In this document: positions 8,648-18,448 of the stretch, in pieces
How positions within the stretch are numbered: position 1 is the stretch's first letter
How the letters are laid out: each line of letters opens with the position of its first letter
DNA from: an uncultured delta proteobacterium
Lineage (GTDB): Bacteria; Myxococcota; UBA727; VGSZ01
NCBI GenBank assembly: GCA_963775425.1
Contig: CAVZJB010000005.1
Span: 352,001-416,000 of the forward strand
Length of the DNA stretch: 64,000 bases
Reading direction: 5' to 3'
Notes under the pieces: generated by a model
The model's database searches: none
What the model was told of the DNA's origin: nothing
Seen by the model: only the letters and a program-made list of their open reading frames with translations
Position numbers and translations under genes: made by a program

Positions 8648-10624
8648 ATGGAAAACGGTTCGCCCGAGGCATCGCTCCTCGCGAAGAGCCCCGCGCCCGC
8701 GGCGCGCGGCGTGTTCCGCTTCATCGATCGGCTGCTGCCGGCGGTGGTGCGGACCACGGCCGACGAGCTGCGGCGCGGTCGCATCTTCCTGGCCATCTGG
8801 GGGCTGTTGTCCCTGGCGGCGTGGTTCTTCGCGTGGGCCATCCTCAACGACGGGGCCACGTCCGGCGTCCCCGCAAACGCCGTCGTCCTCATCATCGGCG
8901 GCGCGCTCGCCACGATCATCCTCCCCATGGCGCACTGGCTCGAGAGCGTCCGCCGCGCAGGCGCCGTGCTCACCGTGGAGTTCGTCGCCGTCGTGCTCTT
9001 CCTCGGCTGGACGGGCAGCGGTCCCGGCGACGCCTCGCAGTGGTTCCTGATGCTCGCGCCCCTCGTCGGCGCGTTTCTGGTCGGCACGCGCGCGGGCCTC
9101 GTGGCCGCCGGCGTGTCCATCGTGGGCACGTTCGGCCTCTACGTCGCCAAGGACGTGCTCCAACTGCCGTTCGGCGTGCGCGACGCCACCGCCGACTGGT
9201 TCGACGCCATGGGAGGCGCGTTCGTCATCGGCATCGCCGCCGTCATCGCCTTCGCGTGGGAGGCGGCGCAGCGTGACAGCTTGACCCGCGTCGCCGAGGC
9301 CCTGCAGGAGCTGCGCGGCAAGAACAGCGAGCTCGAGGCGTTGGCGCAGCGGTTCGCCGAGGCGCGGGATCGTGCCGTCGAGGAGAACCAGCGCAAGGGC
9401 GTGTTCCTCGAGAGCATGCGCACCTTCTCGGAGCAGCAAGGCCACGCGCTCGAGCGCACGCGCCTGGCCACCGCGCAGCTCGCCGACACCATTCGCGCCA
9501 TCTCGACGTCGGTGGAGACGCTGGCGGCGTCGAGCCAGGCCTCGGACACCACCGTCTCCGACATGGCGGAGAGCGCGTCGCGGGTGTCGCAGACGGCGCA
9601 GTCGCTGGTGGCCGGCGTCGAAGAGGCGGACCGGGCGCTCGCGGGGCTGACGGCGGCGGTGGCGTCGGTGCAGGCGCAGTACGACGACCTGCGGCGCGGC
9701 GCCGAGAGCACGGCGGCGGCCATGCTCGAGATGGAGCGGTCGGTGTCGCTCGTGGAGCAGCGCGCGGTGCGTACGGTGGAGCTGTCAGACGCCATGATCC
9801 GCGACGCCGAGCGTGGGCGCGAGGCGGTGCGGCGCACCATCGCCGGCGTCGACGACATCCGGGCGAACGCGCGCCTCGCGGGCGAGGTGATCCGCACGCT
9901 CGACGGCCGCGTCGCCGCCATCAGCGCCATCAACAGCGTCATCGACGAGGTGGCGGTGGAGACCAACGTGCTTGCGCTCAACGCGTCCATCATCGCGGCG
10001 CAGGCGGGGGAGCGCGGACAGGGCTTCGCCGTCGTCGCGGACCAGATGCGCTCGCTCGCGGCGCGCACCGCGCTGTCCACGCGCGAGATCTCCCTGGTCA
10101 TCCGCGCGGTGCAGTCGGAGGCAAAAAACGCCGTCGACGCCATCCAGAAGGGTGAGCGCGCCGTCGACCAGGGCGTCACGTTGTCCGAAGACGCCGCCGG
10201 CGCCCTCGAGCAGATCGTGTCCTCGGCGCGCCAGGCCACCGAAGAGGTCCGCGGCATCGAGCAGGCGACGATGGAGCAGGCCAAGCGCGCCCGCGACGTC
10301 GGGGGGGCGATGGGGGAGGTCACGCGCCTCGTCTCCGACGCCAGCGCGGCCACCTCCGAGCACGGGCGCTCGGCGCGCCTCATCGAGGCCACCATGCAGC
10401 GCCTGCGCGCGGCCGCGCCCGACCTCGAGCAGCGCAGCCGCCAGCAGGCCGACGGCGCACGCCTCGCGCGCGCGGCGCTCGCAAAGATCTCGGAGATGGC
10501 CAGGCGCCTGTCCACGGTGCAGAGCGACCAGACCCGCTCGAGCGCGCAGACACTGCGCGCCGTCGAGGAGATCCAGCGCGCGCAGCGCGGCCAGGACGAG
10601 GCCATGCGCCAGCTCTCGGAGTAG
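8648..10624 (+). CDS. Methyl-accepting chemotaxis protein with multi-pass N-terminal membrane sensor
   Basis: Signalling hairpin IDEVAVETNVLALNASIIAAQAGERGQGFAVVADQMRSLA. About 6 hydrophobic segments in the first 200 aa, then long coiled coils. Confidence 0.9.
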   Translation: MENGSPEASLLAKSPAPAARGVFRFIDRLLPAVVRTTADELRRGRIFLAIWGLLSLAAWFFAWAILNDGATSGVPANAVVLIIGGALATIILPMAHWLESVRRAGAVLTVEFVAVVLFLGWTGSGPGDASQWFLMLAPLVGAFLVGTRAGLVAAGVSIVGTFGLYVAKDVLQLPFGVRDATADWFDAMGGAFVIGIAAVIAFAWEAAQRDSLTRVAEALQELRGKNSELEALAQRFAEARDRAVEENQRKGVFLESMRTFSEQQGHALERTRLATAQLADTIRAISTSVETLAASSQASDTTVSDMAESASRVSQTAQSLVAGVEEADRALAGLTAAVASVQAQYDDLRRGAESTAAAMLEMERSVSLVEQRAVRTVELSDAMIRDAERGREAVRRTIAGVDDIRANARLAGEVIRTLDGRVAAISAINSVIDEVAVETNVLALNASIIAAQAGERGQGFAVVADQMRSLAARTALSTREISLVIRAVQSEAKNAVDAIQKGERAVDQGVTLSEDAAGALEQIVSSARQATEEVRGIEQATMEQAKRARDVGGAMGEVTRLVSDASAATSEHGRSARLIEATMQRLRAAAPDLEQRSRQQADGARLARAALAKISEMARRLSTVQSDQTRSSAQTLRAVEEIQRAQRGQDEAMRQLSE

Positions 10625-10664
10625 TCCGCCACGGGCGCTTCGCGGCCGGCCTGGTATCCTTCCC

Positions 10665-11268
10665 GTGGTGCGCGCGCTCATCGTCGCCGCCGGGGCCGTC
10701 GTCGCCTGTGCAGGGTGCCCACCCACCGGACCGATCTCCGACGGCGGCCACTATCAGCTCGTCGGCAGCGGCCTCGTCACCTCCGACGGCGCGCTGCCCG
10801 CGGCGTGGGACCACGAGCCCGTCCTCGTCGGGACGCGCGCCTGTCCGGCGCCGGCATGCCTCGACGACGCGTGCGCGCCGCCGTCGACCGACGCCGAGGG
10901 CTTCAGCGCCGGCTGCGTCAGCGCCGCCGCCTCGGGCGCGCTCGTCGACGACGACGGCTGCCTCTCGTTCGCCTCCGCGGGCGAAGGGAGCTGGTCGCTC
11001 GTCCCCACGAGCACCTGCGCCGTGCCCGCTCGCAGCCGAGCAGCCGGGCTCGGGGGGCGGTCTGCCGTCGACGCTGTCCGCCGCCGACGCCTCCTTCGTC
11101 CCGAACGCGCCGTGTCCGCCGCGCGCGTCGGCGCCGCCACCGGCGCAGGCCGCTCCCGCCGGCGGAGGGTGCTCGTGCGGCGCCGGCGACGCCGCCCCCA
11201 CCGCGGCGCTCTTCGGGCTCGCCGGCGTCCTCGCCGCGTGTCGCCGTCGCTGGCGCCGGCGCGCGTGA
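10665..11268 (+). pseudogene. Frameshifted/truncated Cys-rich lipoprotein with MYXO-CTERM sorting tail
   Basis: Frame from GTG 10665 gives a lipoprotein-like signal (VRALIVAAGAVVACAGC). The tail GGGCSCGAGDAAPTAALFGLAGVLAACRRRWRRRA is in a different frame. The switch is near 11020-11040. Confidence 0.55.
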
Positions 11269-11299
11269 CCCTTCCCGGGCGCGCAGCTACATTCGCCGC

Positions 11300-11890
11300 G
11301 TGACGTTCTTCAAGACCACGCGCCGGCGTGTGATCGCGTTCGGAGCCGCGGGGGCGGCTGCGCTCGCGGCGGGCGAGGCGTTGCGTTGGTTCGCGTTCGG
11401 CTACGACCTCCACGGCGACGACCCTCCTGTGGCGCTGTCGAGTAAGGAGCTCGTCGTCGTGCGGGCCATCGTCGAAGCCCTCTGCCCGCCCGACGGTGAC
11501 TTCCCGTCGGGCGTCGCGCTGCGCGTGCCGTACAGCATCGACGAAGAGGTCTATTCGCAGACGCCGGAGCTGCGGAGCGACATGAAGGCGGCCATCGAGG
11601 TCATCGAGCACGCGCCCCCGCTCGTCGGTGTCCCGCACCGCCTGAGCGCGCTCCCGCCCGACAAGCGCGCGGAGGTCTTTCAGCGGCTCTTGCAGAAGGG
11701 GCCCGACGTCATCGTGCAGGCGGGGGTGGCGCTCAAGGAGATGACGTCTCTGTACGCCTACGGCTCCGAGGCGACGTGGTCCGCCATCGGCTACGACGGC
11801 CCCTGGGTGAAGACCGTGGTGCCGCCGCCGTCGCACGCGCGCTACGCCGCGGCCGCGGCCGCCGCCGCCGCCAAGGGGAGGAGGGCGTGA
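11300..11890 (+). CDS. Tat-exported gluconate 2-dehydrogenase subunit-3-like partner of a GMC oxidoreductase
   Basis: TTRRRVIAFG twin-arginine signal, C-terminal TWSAIGYDGP, directly upstream of the GMC gene (GTGA overlap). GTG at 11300. Confidence 0.7.
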   Translation: MTFFKTTRRRVIAFGAAGAAALAAGEALRWFAFGYDLHGDDPPVALSSKELVVVRAIVEALCPPDGDFPSGVALRVPYSIDEEVYSQTPELRSDMKAAIEVIEHAPPLVGVPHRLSALPPDKRAEVFQRLLQKGPDVIVQAGVALKEMTSLYAYGSEATWSAIGYDGPWVKTVVPPPSHARYAAAAAAAAAKGRRA

Positions 11891-13470
11891 GCCTCTCCGA
11901 CGAGCTCGCCGTCACCCAGGGCAAGGACGTCACCGCTGATCGCACGGAGACCGCTGACGTCTGCGTCATCGGCTCCGGCTGCGGCGGCGCGTCGCTGGCC
12001 AACCGGCTGGCCGCGCAGGGCAAGAGCGTGGTCGTCGTCGAGCGCGGGGGCTTCTACTCGGCCAAGGACTTCGATCAGCGCGAGGTCCACATGCTCGCCA
12101 AGATCGACGGCGCCCGCGGCCTCGACACCTCCGACGACGGCGGCGCCTCCTTCACCTACGGCAACAACGTCGGCGGCGCGTCGGTGCACTACTGGGCCGA
12201 CAGCTATCGCACCCCGCCGGACCGTTTGAAGCTGTGGGCGGAGCGCTTCGGCATCGAGGGTCACGACGAGGAGACGCTGCGGCCGTCCTTCGACGAGATC
12301 GAGCGCGACCTCAACGTGCACGAGGCGGACGACGCCCACGTGAACACCATGAACCGGCTCGTCCACGACGCCGCCACCGCGCTCGGCTGGGCGGTGGAGC
12401 GCGTGCCCCAGGCGCGCCGCGGCTGCCCGGGATCCGGGCACTGCATGCAGGGCTGCGCGTACGACGCCAAGCAGTCGCAGCTCGTCACGTACATCCCCGC
12501 GGCGCTCTCCCGCGGGGCCAAGCTGTTCTCCGACGCCCGCGCCGTGGAGCTCGTGAGCGACGCGCCCGGCGTGCAGGGCACGGTGCGCGCGCTGCGTTGC
12601 CGCATCGTCGACCGCGCGAGCGGCCGCGACGCCGGGCCGACGCTCACGGTGAAGGCCAAGGCGTTCGTCGTCGCCGCCGGCGGCTACGGCACGCCGGAAT
12701 TCCTCTTGCGCCAGAGGGGCCTCAAGGACCGCCTGCCGCACCTGGGCGAGCACTTCTTCTGCAACCCCTGCGCGCAGGTGCACGGGGTGTTCCCTGAGGA
12801 GATCGTGCAGTGGCGCAACATCCCCGCGGCGTGGGGCGTCACGCACTTCCGCCTCGCGAGGGAGCAGGCCGGCGCGTACGTCGAGGGCGGCTACCTCTTG
12901 ATGGCGAACCAGCTCCACCCGGCAGTGCTGAGCGCGTGCCTGCTCGTCGACGGCAAGCGCCAGCGCGAGATCATGCTCCGCTACCGGAACCTCGGCGGCG
13001 CCATCGCGTGGATCGACGACGCCGAGGAGGGGCGCGTGTGGATCGACGGCGCTGCGGACACCGGGCGGCGTCGCGTGCACGTGCCCCTCGGCGGCGGCAA
13101 CGGACTGCGCCTGAAGGACGCGTGGAGCAAGGGCGCGCGCATGCTGTTTGAGGCCGGGGCCACCGAGGTCTTCTTCGGCGACGTGAACGACACGCGCATG
13201 CGCGACGTCGCCGCCGTCGGCGCCGCCGTGGCGTCTTTGGACATCCGCCCGTCGCGAAACGTCTTCGCCACCCCGCACCCTGGCGGGGGCGCCCGCATGG
13301 GCAGGGACGCATCGACGAGCGTGGTGGGCTTCGACCACCGCGTCCACGGCACCGACAACCTCTATGTCTCGGACCCGAGCGTCTTCCCGACGCCGCCGAG
13401 CGTGGACCCGAGCCTCTCCATCATGGCCTTCAGCTTCGTCGCCGCCGCCGCCGTGGCCGCGCGCGTCTGA
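11887..13470 (+). CDS. GMC family oxidoreductase (FAD)
   Basis: DVCVIGSGCGG, VGGASVHYW, CPGSGHCMQGC, TPHPGGGARMG, NLYVSDPSVFPT...DPSLSI. GTG at 11887. Confidence 0.9.
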   Translation: MSLSDELAVTQGKDVTADRTETADVCVIGSGCGGASLANRLAAQGKSVVVVERGGFYSAKDFDQREVHMLAKIDGARGLDTSDDGGASFTYGNNVGGASVHYWADSYRTPPDRLKLWAERFGIEGHDEETLRPSFDEIERDLNVHEADDAHVNTMNRLVHDAATALGWAVERVPQARRGCPGSGHCMQGCAYDAKQSQLVTYIPAALSRGAKLFSDARAVELVSDAPGVQGTVRALRCRIVDRASGRDAGPTLTVKAKAFVVAAGGYGTPEFLLRQRGLKDRLPHLGEHFFCNPCAQVHGVFPEEIVQWRNIPAAWGVTHFRLAREQAGAYVEGGYLLMANQLHPAVLSACLLVDGKRQREIMLRYRNLGGAIAWIDDAEEGRVWIDGAADTGRRRVHVPLGGGNGLRLKDAWSKGARMLFEAGATEVFFGDVNDTRMRDVAAVGAAVASLDIRPSRNVFATPHPGGGARMGRDASTSVVGFDHRVHGTDNLYVSDPSVFPTPPSVDPSLSIMAFSFVAAAAVAARV

Positions 13471-13472
13471 CG

Positions 13473-14891
13473 TCAGCGGACGTAGATGGCGCCGCCGTAG
13501 ATCCAGACGTAGTCGGTGCCGTCGGCGATCTTGTCGTCGAGGAGGGTCGTGGCGTCCGCGCGCATGTCCTGGCGCAGGTGCAGCGGGAGGATGCGCACCT
13601 CGGCCCGCCAGGCGCCGGGCAGGTCGGCGACGACCTCGAGGTGGTCGCCGGTGCTCTTGCCCACTTCGACCCATCCAGAAGCGTCGTTGGTGGCGCGAAG
13701 CACGCGAAGGGTGATCACCGGCGCCTCGCGGGAGGGATCGAGGTCCTTCACCTTGGGCTTCTCGACGACGATGCGCGCGCCGACGGGCGCGGTGTCTCCC
13801 ATTTCGATGGTCGTGGAACCGTCGACGGCATAGGAGTCGAAGCCCACCGGGTACCCCATCATCTCGAACGCGCCGTAGTTGCGCCCGGCGAGGAGCGCCT
13901 CCTTCAGCGAGCGGTCATCCCAGGTGCCGTCGGCGGCCGTGCGGATGCGCAGGTGGTTCGAGAACGCGATCATCATGCGCCGGTAGCTGTCGGCCCGCTC
14001 GCCGTCCTCCATGATGGTCGTGAACGTGTTGCGATGGCAGTCGGTGCCCATGGTGGTGACGACGTGCTTTCCGCCTGCGAGCACGTTGCCCCAGCGCGTG
14101 AGGTAGCGCGGGTCCTCGGACCAGATGGACATGATGAGCAGGTCCGGGACCGGGATGGTCTTGTCGCCGTCGTTCCAGCGCAAAAGCAGGTCGAGCGCCT
14201 GGCCCGCGCCGAGGATGGTGTTGGCGTGCAGGTTGTACATCTCGAAGCCGTCGTTGGGCATGGCGGCGAGCTCGTCGACGGAGAAGTCCTCGGGGTGCGC
14301 GAGCAGCACGACGGCGCCGTGGTCGTGCAGCGTCTGCACCGCCTCTTCGGTGCGCTGGCCGTAGAGATCGCCGCGCTGGTCCGGCGGGGCGGCGTGGCCC
14401 TCGAGGCCGACGGGCATCATCCCGCCCTCGTTGCCCGCCATGATCATCGCGGTGTGGCCGTCGTCGCAGGTGATGACGTTGGCGCTGTCGATGCCGTCGT
14501 GGCTGATGAGGACGTCGCCGCGGTCCTCCCGGTACAGCAGCGCCTCGGGGAACTCGGTGGTGTCGAAGGACTCGCGGTGGTCGGTGAGGAAGGCGAAGTC
14601 GTGCTGCGACTGGCACAGCCCGCGGCGGAAGTCGTCGAAGCACACGGGATCGCGCGTGCCGTCGTCGAGGACGGGCTTGCCGTCGCAGGCGTCGTGCGAA
14701 TAGACCGAGTGCGAGTGCACGAGGCCGCGCACGTCGGCGAAGCCGCGCACGGTCGCCGTCTCCGACGGGTACACCACGCTGGGCTTCCAGACCGGGCCGG
14801 TCTTCTTGGCGGCTTCGGGGGTGCAGGCGAGGGCGCCGAGGGCCGCGAGGGCGGCGACGAGGGCGCGGGCGGAGGACGGGGACAAAGCCAT
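13473..14891 (-). CDS. Lipoprotein with PHP-like metal-dependent hydrolase domain
   Basis: Lipobox ALAC, HSHSVYSHD, FLTDH, LAHP, GTDCH. Confidence 0.75.
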   Translation of the reverse strand: MALSPSSARALVAALAALGALACTPEAAKKTGPVWKPSVVYPSETATVRGFADVRGLVHSHSVYSHDACDGKPVLDDGTRDPVCFDDFRRGLCQSQHDFAFLTDHRESFDTTEFPEALLYREDRGDVLISHDGIDSANVITCDDGHTAMIMAGNEGGMMPVGLEGHAAPPDQRGDLYGQRTEEAVQTLHDHGAVVLLAHPEDFSVDELAAMPNDGFEMYNLHANTILGAGQALDLLLRWNDGDKTIPVPDLLIMSIWSEDPRYLTRWGNVLAGGKHVVTTMGTDCHRNTFTTIMEDGERADSYRRMMIAFSNHLRIRTAADGTWDDRSLKEALLAGRNYGAFEMMGYPVGFDSYAVDGSTTIEMGDTAPVGARIVVEKPKVKDLDPSREAPVITLRVLRATNDASGWVEVGKSTGDHLEVVADLPGAWRAEVRILPLHLRQDMRADATTLLDDKIADGTDYVWIYGGAIYVR

Positions 14892-14954
14892 GCGGGCCCA
14901 TAGCGCGCCCGCTCCCTGCGGGAAACGTCCCCAACCCCGACGGGCACGGGGCCG

Positions 14955-15647
14955 TCAGCGCGGCCGGCCGCGCACCTCGTCGAGGATGGCCTGAAAGCCG
15001 CCTCGGGACTGCACCTTCAAGCGCGGCACCGCCGACAGCACGCCCGGCGCGAGCGCGTATTGCTCGCAGACGATGCTCAGCCGCGCGCGCGAGGCGCGCA
15101 CCGTCTCCACCTCGTGGCCGAGCCGGCCGGCGAACAGGACGAAGCGCCCGCCGCGCGGCACGATCGCCTCGACGGCGTCGCCCGGCGGGCCGCGGCCGGC
15201 GCCGTCGTCGAACAGGAGCAGCCGGCCGCCCTCGAGGTCTTCGGGGACGTCGAGGTAGAGGACGGCGACCGCCTCGGGGACGACGGAGCCGTTCGGGGGC
15301 CCGAGGGTGGCGTCGACGTGGCGGCCGACGCCGGCGCCGGCGGGAACCGACAGGACGTTCAGGTACAGCGCGTTCGGCACCGGAGGCCCGCCGAGGAGCG
15401 GCCGGCGCTGCACCTCGCGCGCGGGGTGGGCGTCGAGGGCGAGCGCGAGGAAGGGCGCGACGAACGGGAAGCGCGCCTCGACGTCGGCGCGCGCGCTCCG
15501 GTGGAACGTCACGGCGAAGCCGCGCGTCGCGAGGAACGTGCCGCCGAGGGGGCTGTCGCTCATGAGCTTCGACGACAACACGCCGTCGCGCAGGGCCTCG
15601 AGGGCCCCGCCGGAGACGGCGTCGTCGACGATCACGACCGCGGGCAC
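14955..15647 (-). CDS. 2OG-Fe(II) oxygenase family protein
   Basis: GRHVDAT (HxD), LYL...EGGRL, GHEVETV, RLSIVCEQY. Probable GTG start at 15647. Confidence 0.75.
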   Translation of the reverse strand: MPAVVIVDDAVSGGALEALRDGVLSSKLMSDSPLGGTFLATRGFAVTFHRSARADVEARFPFVAPFLALALDAHPAREVQRRPLLGGPPVPNALYLNVLSVPAGAGVGRHVDATLGPPNGSVVPEAVAVLYLDVPEDLEGGRLLLFDDGAGRGPPGDAVEAIVPRGGRFVLFAGRLGHEVETVRASRARLSIVCEQYALAPGVLSAVPRLKVQSRGGFQAILDEVRGRPR

Positions 15648-15691
15648 GCGCGAATGTTCCGGGATCCGCCCGCGTTCGGCAAACTGTCCAC

Positions 15692-16534
15692 ATGCGCCCT
15701 CGTCCTCCGGCCCCCTCCAGGTGGGGCGCGCCCCCATGGCGCGCGCGGCCGAGGCCCCGCTCGAGCGACGCCTCGCGGCCGCGTCGCGCGCTGTTCGCGC
15801 TCGCGGCGATCGCCGTCGCCTTCGCCGCCGCCGGCGCCGGGGCGGCGCACGCGGAGCCGGAGCGGGTGGCCGCGGCGCGCGCGCGCAAGATGACGGCGGT
15901 GCGCGCGATGTTCGACGCGGCGCACCTCGCGTACCCGCCGAAGGAGCTGTTCCTGCGCGCGTTCAAGAAAGAGGGCGTCGTCGAGCTGTGGGGCGGCGAC
16001 GGCAAGGATCCGCTGGTCCTCGTGAAGAGCTACGCCGTGTGCGCCTCGTCGGGGGAGCTCGGGCCCAAGCACAAGCAGGGCGACCTCCAGGTCCCCGAGG
16101 GCTTCTACGCCATCGACGCGGTCAACCCCTGGTCGAGCTTCCACCTGTCGCTCCACGTCGACTACCCGAACGCCGCCGACCGCGCGCGCGGCCGTCGAGA
16201 GGACACCCGACACCTCGGCGGCGCCATCATGGTCCACGGCGACTGCGTCACCATCGGCTGCATTCCGCTCGAGGACGACCCCATCGAGGAGGTCTACCTC
16301 GCCGTCAGCGACTTTCGCTTCGCCCACGCGCGGCCGCGCAAGGTCCCCATCCACATCTTCCCCGAGCGCCTCGACGACCCCGCCCTCGCCGCGCTCCTCG
16401 CGAGCGACGCCGACGACGACACCAAGCGGGTGTGGGAAGAGCTCGCCGCCGGCTACCGCGCCTTCGAGGACACCCGGCGGGTCCCGCGCGTCACCGTCGA
16501 CAAGGCCGGGCGCTACGTGGTGCACCCGCGCTGA
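15692..16534 (+). CDS. YkuD-fold L,D-transpeptidase/amidase (YafK/DpaA-like)
   Basis: LFLRAFKKE..ELW, GPKHKQGDLQVPEGFY, YPNAAD, GGAIMVHGDCVTIGC. Start position uncertain. Confidence 0.85.
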   Translation: MRPRPPAPSRWGAPPWRARPRPRSSDASRPRRALFALAAIAVAFAAAGAGAAHAEPERVAAARARKMTAVRAMFDAAHLAYPPKELFLRAFKKEGVVELWGGDGKDPLVLVKSYAVCASSGELGPKHKQGDLQVPEGFYAIDAVNPWSSFHLSLHVDYPNAADRARGRREDTRHLGGAIMVHGDCVTIGCIPLEDDPIEEVYLAVSDFRFAHARPRKVPIHIFPERLDDPALAALLASDADDDTKRVWEELAAGYRAFEDTRRVPRVTVDKAGRYVVHPR

Positions 16535-16557
16535 TCTCCCGCGCGCAGTCTCTCGCA

Positions 16558-16577
16558 CCCGCGGCCGAGGCCGCGGG
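16558..16577. terminator. GC-rich hairpin between convergent genes
   Basis: CCCGCGGCC-GA-GGCCGCGGG perfect inverted repeat. No U-tract. Confidence 0.35.
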
Positions 16578-16589
16578 CACGAGCCGAGC

Positions 16590-17366
16590 TCAAAGCTTCG
16601 TGAAGTCGGGCTTGCGCTTCTCGAAGAACGCCGCGAACGCCTCCGCCGCCTCCGGCGACCCGAGCCGCGAGGCGAACATCACCGCCTCGTCGTAGAGCAC
16701 CTTCTTCACCTGCTCCTTCACCGGCGCGCGCAGCAGGCGCTTGCTCTCGCGCAAGGCCGCCGCCGGCAGCGCCGCGAGCCGCTCGGCCTTGGCGCGCGCG
16801 AACGACGCGAGCTCCCCCGCGGGGACCACGCGCGTGACGATGCCGGCGTCGCAGGCGGTGGCGGCGTCGACGGGCTCACCGAGGAGCAGGATCTCGTTGG
16901 CCTTGGCGAAGCCCGCCATGCGCGGCAGCAGGAACGACGAGCCGCCCTCGGGGACGAGGCCGAGCGGCACGAACGGCGCCGTGAGCTTGGCCGTGTCCGC
17001 AGCGTACGCGAGGTCGCAGTGCAGGAGCATGGTCACCCCGATGCCGACGGCGGCGCCGTTGACGGCCGCCACCATGGGCTTTTCGAAGTCGACGATGCCG
17101 AGGAGGAAGCGGAACACCGCGCTGTCCTCGCCCGTGGGCGGGTTCTGCATGAAGTCGAAGAGGTCGTTGCCCGCGGTGAAGGCGCTCCCGTTGGCCTGGA
17201 ACAGCAGGACGCGCACGGCGTCGTCCTTGCCGGCGTCGTCGAGGGCGGCGACGAGGTCCTCGTACATCTGCACGGTGAACGCGTTCTTCTTCTCGGGACG
17301 GTTGAAGGTGACGGTGCAGATGCCGCCGGCCTTCTCGACGAGCACGTGTCGTTCGCTGTCAGCCAT
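16590..17366 (-). CDS. Enoyl-CoA hydratase/isomerase
   Basis: TFNRPEKKNA, FTAGNDL, AAVNGAAVGIG, LGLVPEGG, AFFEKRKP. Confidence 0.92.
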   Translation of the reverse strand: MADSERHVLVEKAGGICTVTFNRPEKKNAFTVQMYEDLVAALDDAGKDDAVRVLLFQANGSAFTAGNDLFDFMQNPPTGEDSAVFRFLLGIVDFEKPMVAAVNGAAVGIGVTMLLHCDLAYAADTAKLTAPFVPLGLVPEGGSSFLLPRMAGFAKANEILLLGEPVDAATACDAGIVTRVVPAGELASFARAKAERLAALPAAALRESKRLLRAPVKEQVKKVLYDEAVMFASRLGSPEAAEAFAAFFEKRKPDFTKL

Positions 17367-18357
17367 GCGGCTCCTCCATGGGGCCCGCCGCCGACGGGCG
17401 CGTTCCCTGTTTGCTCGCCGCCAGCGGCGCGCGGGCCATCAGCTCCGCGGTGAGCGTGTTCACGACGTGGGACGCGCACGCGAGCCCGAACGCGCCCGTG
17501 ACGAACACCGCGGTGCCGTCGATGAGCGTCTTTTCGTCGCAGGCGTGGCTGTTGGCGCGGATGTCGGCGACGAGCTCGTCGCCCTTGGGGCACACGCACG
17601 AGAAGCCCTCGCCGTGGTCGTACGTGAGCTCTTTGGGCCACGCGCGCTTCTCGTCCGACGACACCGCGGTGATGCCCATGGGGCCCTCGCCGGGGAGCCC
17701 GTGCTTGGTGCGGAGGATCTTGCGCATCTCCCGGGCCATGGGGTCGACGATGGTGTCGGCGAGGTCCGCGATGCGCACGCGGGTGGGGTCGAGCTTGCCG
17801 GCGGCGCCCATCGACGACACCACGGGGATGCCGCGGTCGCGGCAGGTGGCGAGCAGGTGGGCCTTGGCGGTGAGGTTGTCGATGCAGTCGACGACGAAGG
17901 ACCAGCGGCCGTCGCCGTTGCCCCAGTGCGCCGGCGCGGTGAGCACGTCGTCGGCGCGCTGGTGGTTGTAGAAGGCGCGCTTGGCCTCCACGCGCGCCTG
18001 CGGGTTGATGAGCCGCAGGCGGTCGCGCAGCACCCAGGCCTTGGGCTTGCCGATGTTGCCCTGGAGCGCCTGGAGCTGGCGGTTGGCGTTGGTGACGCAG
18101 ACGTCGTCGAAGTCGACGAGCATGACGTGGCCCACCGCCGAGCGCGCCAGCGCCTCCGCGGCAAAGCTGCCGACACCGCCGAGGCCGACGACGACGACCT
18201 TGTGGGACATGAGCTGCGCGACGGCGCCGTCGCCGTAGAGGCGGCCGAGCCGGTCGAAGCGCCGGTGGAGCTTGTACGTGGTCTCCTCGGTGGTGTTGTC
18301 GAGCACCGAGGGGCGCACGGCGGGGCCGTGATCGCAGTCGTGTCGTTGGCTGACCAT
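17359..18357 (-). CDS. tcdA: tRNA threonylcarbamoyladenosine dehydratase (ThiF family)
   Basis: VGLGGVGSFAAEALARS, VDFDDVCVTNANRQ, VVDCID, SSMGAAGKLDPT, DPMAREMRKILR. Real start may be a GTG near 18306-18318. Confidence 0.88.
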   Translation of the reverse strand: MVSQRHDCDHGPAVRPSVLDNTTEETTYKLHRRFDRLGRLYGDGAVAQLMSHKVVVVGLGGVGSFAAEALARSAVGHVMLVDFDDVCVTNANRQLQALQGNIGKPKAWVLRDRLRLINPQARVEAKRAFYNHQRADDVLTAPAHWGNGDGRWSFVVDCIDNLTAKAHLLATCRDRGIPVVSSMGAAGKLDPTRVRIADLADTIVDPMAREMRKILRTKHGLPGEGPMGITAVSSDEKRAWPKELTYDHGEGFSCVCPKGDELVADIRANSHACDEKTLIDGTAVFVTGAFGLACASHVVNTLTAELMARAPLAASKQGTRPSAAGPMEEPHG

Positions 18358-18448
18358 CCCGCCGGTCTAGCGGCTCGGAAAGGCCCCGTCAGCACCCGCG
18401 CCGGCCCTCCTGGCCCGGCGACGCCGCGGGCGATCTACCATCGCCGGC

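Noticed and set aside
6791-9445. 884-aa ORF suggesting a transketolase fusion
   Set aside because: Only 6791-7747 is transketolase. The upstream part is an off-frame or antisense read of the N-subunit and MCP genes.
15692-15800. Possible extra frameshift at the start of the L,D-transpeptidase (out-of-frame ATG at 15736 with an RBS-like GGTGGGG)
   Set aside because: An in-frame ATG exists at 15692. The evidence is too weak without reads or homologues.
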